From Chrysomallon squamiferum (Eukaryota > Animalia > Mollusca): a DNA stretch of 64,000 bases. The notes beneath the pieces were generated by a model. That model worked only from the letters and a program-made list of their open reading frames with translations. It was not told the DNA's origin and searched no databases. The stretch spans positions 11,656,001 through 11,720,000 of the forward strand of contig CM022677.1 of assembly GCA_012295275.1 (NCBI GenBank), in the 5' to 3' direction. This document shows positions 54,730-64,000 of this stretch, piece by piece. The position numbers were made by a program, and so were the translations under genes. Numbering within the stretch: position 1 is the first letter of the stretch; every line of letters starts with the position of its first letter.

Positions 54730-55380
54730 GTTTAAAACAACATTTAAAACTAGATTTAGTGAAAGTTTTAAAACTAGATTGTAGTGAAAGGTGAGTTTTA
54801 AAACTAGATTGTAGTGAAAGGTGAGTTTTAAAACTAGATTGTAGTGAAAGGTGAGTTTTAAAACTAGATTGTAGTGAAAGGTGAGTTTTAAAACTAGATT
54901 GTAGTGAAAGGTGAGTTTAAAAAAACTAGATTGTAGTGAAAGGTGAGTTTAAAAACTAGATTGTAGTGAAAGGTGAGAAAGGTGAGTTTTTAAAACTAGA
55001 TTGTTTTAGTGAAAGGTGAGTTTTAAAAAAACTAGAAAGGTGAGTTTTAAAAAAGGTGAAAGGTGAGTTTTAAAACTGTGAAAGGTGATTTAAAAACTAG
55101 ATTGAAAGGTGAGTTTTAAAAAACTAATTGAGTGAAAGGTGAGTTTTAAAACTAGATTGAAAGGTGTGTTTTAAAACTAGATTGTGAAAGGTGAGTTTTA
55201 AAACTAGATTGTAGTTTGAAAGGTGAGATTTTTAAAATGTTTTAATTTTAGTGAAAGGTGAAAAACTAGATTAGTGAAAGGTGTGTTTTAAAACTAGATT
55301 GTTTGAGTTTTAAAAAGTAGTTTTAAAAAGATTGTGTTGTGTTTTGTTAAATTATTTTAAATTGTAGATTGTGAAAGGTC
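54730..55380. repeat. 30-bp minisatellite, expanded copy (~20 units)
   Basis: Unit gtagtgaaaggtgagttttaaaactagatt; reverse complement of 7458-7727 but about twice as long. Confidence 0.95.
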
Positions 55381-55399
55381 TTAAAAATGAGATGTTTAT

Positions 55400-55830
55400 A
55401 TTCGAGAGTGGATTTTAACACAGTATTTTAGTATCTGTAGTTTTTGTCTGTATTTTAATGGTTGTATGTTTTATTCTAACTGACAGGCAGTTGATTTTTG
55501 GTAAAAAGTTTTTACAAGATGTGATTATCTTCTGTATGTGGCAGCCGAAGTTGATTTTATTTTTCGGTGTTTTATTTAATTTTTTTATGTTCTCTTCTGT
55601 ATTTATTTCCAATAAGCTCAGTCCACCATTCAGTGGATATTTTGTTAGTGCAGTTTTTGGTTTTAGGTTTGTGTTCAGTGACAGCTGAGTCTATCATGTT
55701 GGTAAGTGAAGTGCAGTATGTGTCAGTGTTGATTTTTATTTTAATATTTTTCAATGCTTTGTAGAATCCTTCCCAGTCTGCTTTGGTCAAATTTCATTTG
55801 TGTGTAAATACTGAGTTGTTGGAGAAGGTT
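55400..55830 (-). mobile_element. LINE ORF2 linker fragment, copy 2
   Basis: ORF 55572-55790 TKADWEGFYKAL...IDSAVTEHKPK...EWWTE. Confidence 0.6.
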
Positions 55831-56584
55831 TTCTTGTTATAGTAATTTGTGAGTGCAGGGTGGTGGTTACAACACAACTCATTTAGAACTTCTCATTGAC
55901 TCAGTGCTGCAGTGTGTTTGCTGTTAGTGTTAAATCAGTGGTGAACTGGACACACTGGTGAAGATGAATATAACAACATTAAGACAAACAATGTTGATCC
56001 CAGATGTTTACACTGGGACCATAAGTCTTTGTGTTGATGAAAAAAAAAAAAAAATTGTTACTTGATAATTAATAAAATATTATCACTTGTACCCAAAAAT
56101 TTGTAATACTTATTCTGCATGTTTTCAGTAATTTATAATTATGTAAAATATGTAAATAATTAATCTTTGCAATTAATAAAATAAAATAATAATATCACCT
56201 TTTGCTTAAAATCTGTTTTTAATATTCTGCATTGAATTTATCAGTGATAATACATGTTTTTAAATAGACTACATATAAAATATGTAAATAATTAATCTTG
56301 GTAATTAATGTAATAAAATATGGTCACCATTAAAAATATGTTTTTAATGTTCTGCATTGTTTTCATAAGAAAAAACGTAAAGAATGATTTTTTTCCTACA
56401 GAAATGTTCTGAACATCTTCTCTGCCTTCCTGAGAACTGACTTTGACCAGCTGTTGTGTGAACCAATATGAACCAGTGTGAACCAGTATTGGACTAGTAT
56501 GAACCAGTATGTACCAGTATCAAATGAACTTCAAAACCCAAGTCCACAACGTGGATTCTTAGGTTAACGCTGCTCCTTATGGTG

Positions 56585-57062
56585 ACCCTAAAATTATTTT
56601 GCACATTATCATAACACTGATAAAACAACCCTAACCCTAACCCTAAGCCCTAACCCTAACTATAAACCTAAATGTAACCCTAGCAAAGGAACTGAACTTA
56701 ATTCTGATGCTAACACCATTTCTAACCCTCATCCTAAAATGGCTTTGCACATTATCATTAAACTCATAATACTTTAAATAAACCTAACCCCAATACTAAC
56801 CCTAAGCCCAACCCTAACCCTAAGCCCTAACTCTAACCCTAACCCTAACCCTAACCCTAACCCTAACCCTAAGCCCTAACCCTAACCCTAACCCTAACCC
56901 TAACCCTAACCCTAACCCTAACCCTAACCCTAACCCTAACCCTAACCCTAAGCCCTAACTCTAACCCTAAGCCCAACCCTAACCCTAAGCCCTAACTCTA
57001 ACCCTAAACACCATTTCTAACCCTGATCCTAAAACTGTTTTGCACATTATCATTAAAGTCAT
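56585..57062. repeat. Interstitial telomere-like array (CCCTAA)n with variants
   Basis: Long ccctaa runs 56795-57006 with ccctaag, ctctaa and cccaa variants; interleaved repeated block 'ttgcacattatcat' at ~56600, 56745 and 57040. Confidence 0.95.
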
Positions 57063-57879
57063 CAGAATGTAGATATAGAGATGAATACACTGATGGATAG
57101 ATAAACAGACAATGAGATGTGTAGAGGATGGTGTGCTTTGTTGTGTTGAGACAGAAAGGATGACAGAAATATGTACAAATGTATAACTGAGAGATTCTCA
57201 TGTAGACAGGCAGGTTTATGGAAAGAAATGTTTGCAACAGAAAGAAAAACATGCACATATATATAACAAATAATATTAATAATAATACAGCTAGAAGACA
57301 AATAGAAAACATGAGTAGGAGATACATAGATGGATGGAACTTTCAATAAATATAAATAAAGTTTGGAAATGAATAAATAGTACATGGCTCAGTTTATTCT
57401 TTATTTCATCAGGAATGCTGATTGTGTTGCACTTCTGTCAATGTTTCATTTAAATGGTTTGAGTTAGCAAATAGCTCAAGAAAGTGGACTTTTGAAACCA
57501 TTCCAAGTTGGTCAGATTTAAAAATGTATTTAAAAGTGACAGTCAATTTAGTAATAAATGATGATGCATAGATATTGAAATATTTTTAATATTTGATATA
57601 CAGAATTGTAAAAAGAAATTACCTTGAAAGACTGAGTATATTGAAATGTCTTTAGTATTCTTAGCTTATAGGAATTATTTTACTATTAATATGTCATTGA
57701 TAATCCAAACAAACAGTTTTCTGTCCATTGCTCTATCCCTATGTTCATTCATAATAATGTTATCTCCAAAATGTCCTTATTGTGTCTCTCTACCAATGAA
57801 TTTACTTGCCTGCCAGTATGTCTGTCTGACTGTCTGTCTATCTGTCTGTCTATCTATCCATCCATCTATCTATAAAACA

Positions 57880-58069
57880 CAGATATACAAACATAAGCAC
57901 TCTAATCCACTTACTCATTACAAAAATCCATTCTCTCTCTCTAACACATGAACTTACTAACACTTTATTACTCGTATGACTATCAGCTTAGCTCTCTATA
58001 TATCTCTGTATCTGTCTGTGTGCCTGTTATCTTATGTCTTCCTCTCTGTCAGTCTATCTCACTAATTAT

Positions 58070-58151
<82 letters not shown>

Positions 58152-58375
58152 GAAAATACAGACACCTGTCATACTGTGATTGTTCTCTCCTCCAGTCTGA
58201 TTATTTATATAAACAAGTGTTTAGCAGGTTGGTTGAAAATACACAAATAGTTGAATATGTACTATTACTGTAAAACACATTCACTTACATGCACGCCTGC
58301 AGACACACATACACAAACACACACACCAGCAATAACATGTATACATAATAATATTCAAACACAAACACATACACG
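57880..58375 (-). repeat. Distal part of duplication A (inverted homolog of ~3950-4415 and ~4880-5100)
   Basis: ctctctgcagaaaatacagacacctgtca, tataaacaagtgtttagcaggttg and gtctatctcactaattatata mirror the left flank. Confidence 0.85.
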
Positions 58376-59112
58376 TACACACAAGCATGCGGGCACACAC
58401 ACACACACACACACTCCTAGTCAAAGCCTGTCATTACATATTAGTAATGATAATGATAATAATCAGAGTAATAGTAATAATAATAATGGCAGTAGCAGTA
58501 ATAATGTTTTTTATAATTTGTATTATTTCAAAAATATTTAAATAATTTCATCTCATTGTTATTGCATTTAAAAGTATAACAAAAACGTTTATCATTAAGT
58601 TCCATTCAAAAAAACACAAAAAAACAACAACAACTAACCAAAGATAAAGAAAAAGAAAGAAGACACGACTGAAATAGTTTACTTTTCATATCTAAAAACA
58701 AAATACTTGCATACAGTGAGGATAATTATATGAGAAACAGTTATTTTCAATGAGACAACATTTTCATGTATATTTTCAAATGTCTATCAAAAATTACCTT
58801 ATCGCATTGCTATTTAAAAATAAAACAAATGAAGAGGTCAAATAATTTAAAATGTGTGTGTGTGTGTGTTTTAAAACACTGTTTATACAATATTACATCA
58901 CTGTATTCAAATAGGAGCACAGATGAAAACATTTTTCATGTTAATTCAGCAGACATCAGTTAATTTGTGATGCAAATTATTTATCTGGAAACTGCAAAAC
59001 TTAAAGAACATAATGTATCTGGAGACATGATTATATAATTGTTAATGTTACCATATTTCAGTGCACAAGTCATCCATAAATAATAACTAAATAAATAACT
59101 AAATAATAAATA

Positions 59113-59144
<32 letters not shown>

Positions 59145-59196
59145 GCAAATAAATAAATAAATAAAACTAGAATAAATAATATTAATTTTATAAAGA

Positions 59197-59230
<34 letters not shown>

Positions 59231-61622
59231 TTTTTTAAAACAGAATAATATTAGCTCTAGATATTAAATCCATGGCAAGGCTTTTTGAAAGTGTTGATAA
59301 TGATATATTAAGGTAACAAAAAATTAAAACATTTAATATAACTGATACTGGTTTTCAAATTATTAGAATGATTTTGTTATGAAAAATATTTACATGTGTC
59401 AGAATCAGAAGAGTTTATGACTAGATAATTTAACAGAAGATCAAAAAGTGTAAGTGAACAACTCTGAACTCTTTTGTTTGTGATTGTAAGAAAGTAATTT
59501 CAAAAATAATGAAAGAAATCGAATTTTAAACTGAAATTTGTTTTGAAAAACAAAAATTAAAATTAATAAAATTAAAGTTTTTCTCTTACAGAAAAATATT
59601 TTACAAGATAAATTACAAATATATATTCCAAACTCTATAAAGAAAGAAAACACATTTCAAGAAAGTAATACTGTACCATTACCTGAATATACAAAAAAAT
59701 CAACTCTTCGTGATTCTTAGAATCCAGATTTATCTGCAAAATTCACAAATACTGCAAAATCCACCAGAAATCCCGCACCCCCCCCGAAAAAAAAAAAAAA
59801 AAAAAAAATGTATGAGAGTAATCTCCCTTCGGCTACATTTTCTTTCTTTCTTCTGTTTATGGGATCCTCAGTGTACTTCAGTGCACACCACAGAAAAACG
59901 CTGAAAACGAAACAACGTATAAAGTTGTATGAAGAGTAATAAATGTAAATGTTTAGGTATGTTCCAGGAGCACCAGATATCAATTTATATACTGTAAACA
60001 ATATACTGTGTATATTAATAGATAACTGAACTATAAACAATAAATAATTAAAATACAAGCAATACAAATAAATACAGTGGACCTTCAAAACCGGATTCAT
60101 TGAGACCAGCGTTGTATGCCGTTTGAGATAGTGCCGATTTACAAGCATTAAAATAACATAAATATTTGTTTTTTAATTACTGTTGTCACTGATGACTGCG
60201 TTTTCTTCATATTTCTCTCCAAACTCCTCTGTCATGGCCTCCAAGTTTAACAGTAATTGCAAAAGCTGCTTTCGATAACAGCAGCAAAAGATTTTGTTTT
60301 CTTCTCATTTTAAGATAATCATTTTCTCTCTGATCTCCTACAGTACAATGTAGCAGTCACTACGTTTAAACTACATAGCTAAATTTTTCTTTTTACACGT
60401 TACACCCCGAGTCATCCGGATTAGATTAGTTTTAGCTTACCGATAGCTGGAAGATACTTTGAAATGGTGCAGGTTATTCAGAAATCCGTATTTTTCGAAG
60501 ACTGGTTTCCGCAGAGTCAACTGAAAACAGTTAACATAATAATAATAATAATAATAAATTCATGTATTCATGACGTGACCAATACAGTTAATATTCGTAC
60601 AACAAACCGGCCGTCTGAAATGTTCTAGGACAATGCAGTTTACAGCGAGTTACTGACATTTATGATATTCTAATTCTGTAATATAAAACATGAAATAGTA
60701 ATATACTGAATCGCATGTTACACCAATGAGGGGAGTTTTATACAATATTTTCATTATATATTTTAATTAAGTAAAACTGTATAAAATATTTTTAAGATAG
60801 TCTATTTCATACGAAGCTTTTATATTTTGCTTCTCTGAATTAATGTGTAATAAGCCGTTTTTTGTGTGTGTGTGCGTGTGTGTGAGATATTGCCAGTTTT
60901 AATATAAACACTTGTAGACACTGGTAAATTTAATACTTAGATCAAGGCGTTTCCCTCTTTGTTGAAATAATGATGAGGTGTTTCATTAAAACTAAAAGCT
61001 TGAATTATTTGAGTGTAAACAGTATACTGACCTAAGAGAAAACCTACTTTTTTATTTTTATTATAAATATTCACATCCACTATATTTGATTATTATTATT
61101 ATTACTTTTTAAATAAATATATAAATAAATACACAAACACCCATTAAAAATATATCTCCTTTTCCAGTTAAGACGATCTTTAATTTTCATATCAAGAACA
61201 AAGAACAGAGCTATTATAACAACGGTTATAACGCAGCAAGCAACTATGTTTATATTGGTTTGTCCGTATTCGTATATTTTTTATTTGTTCTTGTTATATT
61301 TTTATTGTTGCTGTTGTTGTATCTTGTATCTAAAGACAAAGTGTAGTATTTGCACTGATTCTAAGACGTTCAAAACACGCAAGCGACAAGACGACGTAAT
61401 CATTATTTTTTAAAGGAGAGTAATCATTTACACAAACAGGCATTTTGAAAAATACTGCGAAATTAAGCAAGAAACAAAGAAGGTAAGAAAAAAAATATCA
61501 ATAACATGCAATAAGAAGGATTTTAAAATATATATATATATTTAACATAAATACGTATGGAAAATATTACAAACAAAAAACCTCTTCCTAGTAATTTATT
61601 TTGCTAATTCTTTTCTCAGACT

Positions 61623-62270
61623 TCACATTTTGTTTCCATAGTAATTGATTTCAGATGTTTGTAAAAGTGGCATAGAAACTGTTTTAATATCTTCAATTTC
61701 AGCATCACTGATAAAATCATGATAGAGAACAATTTTCGGTGAGAAATGCAGAATCTCTTCTTTAGTGGATTTTTTGTTGTTGTAATGGAAGCGACATTTC
61801 AGACGATGTCGCTGTCGTACTTTAATAACGTCTTCACCACGACAGAGCGCATCGAAAGTTGTTTTTTCTTTAACTCTGCCATTTTTTCTCTTTTCTTTCC
61901 TATGTTTTGATACACTTGAAAACTTTTTCCTTCTGTTCGGAGCACGTTTTTGTCCACGAGCTAACATTAACTGTTCATTTGTCAAATCTAAAACGTGTTC
62001 TATTTGTCCCGCTAATTCTCTACCGTGTATGTCATGAAGTTCTAACCGAGATACGTTCTGAATTTTTTCTGTTCTTACTTTCTCAAGACTTAACTCCATC
62101 CAGATATGTACAGATTTGTATTTTTTTCATTATGATAACAGTCTTCTGCTGATAATCTCTGTAGATATCGTTCATGTATAAAACCGTCTGCTTAACTTCT
62201 CACATTTAATTTGTATGTGTCTTGAAGTCGAAACAGAACTGCAGCTACCCCTTCTAAATCTTCGTAACCT
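61623..62270 (-). pseudogene. P4HA: P4HA pseudogene, copy 2 (lacks catalytic domain)
   Basis: YEDLEGVAAVLFRLQDTYKLN..*ADGFIHERYLQRLSAEDCY, then ORF 61623-62099 closely similar to copy 1; homology ends before the QVAN..G.GG/HxD region. Confidence 0.92.
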
Positions 62271-62489
62271 ATCATTTCTATTTTTTATTATTTTATTACA
62301 AATATTTTTTTATTTTTTTTTATTTTATTTTATGAATGTGTTTGCATAAATGTCAGTTTTAATACATGCAAAATGTTTTTATACAAAATCATTACACTTT
62401 ATTTCATTTCTATTTTTATTTTTATTTTTCATTCTTTTTCTCTGTAGACGACTATATTCTGTGAAATATGAAGAATCTCCTCTTAAGTG

Positions 62490-62945
62490 AATACATATAG
62501 TACAGTAACATGATAGCAGAAATTAAGTAAATAAATACTGAACAGAAAAATTATATTAGCTGTATTAAGTAAATAAATCCTGTCCTGATATTAGCAGACA
62601 TTAAGTATAAACACTGTACAGTAATGTGATATTAGCAGCATTAATTATATAAATACTGTAGAGTAACGTGATATTAGCAGACATTAAGTAAATAAATATT
62701 GTACAGTAATGTGATATTAGCAGACATTAAGTAAATAAATACTGTACAGTAACGTGATATTAGCAGCATTAATTATATAAATACTGTAGAGTAACGTGAT
62801 ATTAGTAGCATTAAGTAAATAAATACTGTTCAGTAACGTGATATTAGCAGCATTAAGTAAATAAATACTGTACAATAACGTGATATTAGTAGCATTAAGT
62901 AAAAAAAAAAAAATACTGTACAGTGATGTATGATATTAACGCAGA
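62490..62945. repeat. ~41-43-bp minisatellite, copy 2
   Basis: Unit aatactgtacagtaacgtgatattagcagacattaagtaaata. Confidence 0.93.
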
Positions 62946-63056
62946 CGTTAAGAACAATCCTGGAACGACGGCAATGACGGCCTCAGTAATATAAATATTA
63001 ATGATATTTTCTTGACTTAGGATGCGGACACTAATTGCAATATTTAATAAAAAGCT

Positions 63057-63088
<32 letters not shown>

Positions 63089-63913
63089 CAGACAATGTTT
63101 TCAGACGTAGATCAAACATTGGTAAATTCCTGCGCAATAATAAGCCACTTATTGTAAGCTTTGTGATTTTATTTGGTGCATTAATATAAATAAACAGAAG
63201 AAAGAAAAAGTAGGGTAAAAAAAATAAAAACACCGTTTATTTGAAGTTAGCGGTCAACGATTGGCTAATAATAAGATAAAAAAATATATATATATAAATA
63301 AATAAATAAAATAAATATATTTTAATAAAGATTGTTATGTTCCTTTATTTTATTTATTTGTTTTGAACATTATTTAATTTTTGTTTTATTTATTTATTTA
63401 TTTTCTTTTAGGATTGTATATGCGGAAAAATGCGGGATGATTGTCGGTCTTTATGGATTAACTTTTTATTTGATGTTCGAAGAATTTTCTACAGAATTGG
63501 TGTAATCGCATTAAAAAAGTTGCTTAAAGTATTTCATTTTGTGACGGAGACAGGTATTACTATTTATTATTATAAATGTTAATGTGTTTGGATTTTTTTT
63601 CGTTTTATTTAATTATAATTTAAAAGTCATAGACATCTGATTGGGAACAATATTTATTTATTTATTTATTTTTTTAATTTATAATTTATTTATTGTTAAT
63701 AATAACATTCACCAGTGGTTGTACTAATGTGAAAAGCATAAACAACGTCATATAAAGAAGAAATCATGTTTAATTTTGTTTTACCAATCATCATATGATG
63801 TATCAGCCTATCGGGGGCAAATTTTGAGTGGCCAGTAATTAAATTTTTTTTAAAATAAATTTACTTGTGTAGCACACATCAAAGGAAATACCACACAACA
63901 AGTCACAGAGAAT

Positions 63914-63951
<38 letters not shown>

Positions 63952-64000
63952 TTTTTTTTTTTTTGTTGATATAAACTAATAAAACTATTAAAAGAAAATA

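Larger units (their letters stand above)
59670..62945 (-). repeat. Segmental duplication B, copy 2 (inverted)
   Basis: Mirrors 18222-21930 with several large indels. Confidence 0.9.

Noticed and set aside
56795-57006. True chromosome end
   Set aside because: Short, variant-rich and flanked by non-telomeric sequence on both sides.
63411-63553. AG/GT-bounded exon-like segment near window end
   Set aside because: No recognisable translation and no partner exons visible in the window.

Overview
AT-rich, microsatellite-dense animal genomic DNA. It has spliceosomal introns and TTAGGG-type telomeric repeats; a mollusc-like invertebrate is inferred, not proven. No intact protein-coding gene, rRNA, tRNA or CRISPR array is supportable. 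The window is a rearranged 'pseudogene graveyard'. On the + strand, in order, lie an intronless prolyl 4-hydroxylase alpha (P4HA) pseudogene, a 9-exon MCC (colorectal mutant cancer) pseudogene, an IRAG/LRMP(MRVI1)-like exon set joined to it through a 90-bp tandem repeat, an NLS-rich repetitive exon pair, and an EGFR kinase exon-intron-exon scrap. This core is bracketed by two large inverted segmental duplications: A (~4-13.8 kb vs ~48.5-58.4 kb) and B (~18.2-21.9 kb vs ~59.7-62.9 kb). One breakpoint of A coincides with an interstitial telomere-like array. Also present are many minisatellites, LINE and DNA-transposon relics and a 200-N gap. Nearly all long ORFs in the track are repeat artefacts. 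All homology calls come from my own translation and recalled family motifs, not database searches.
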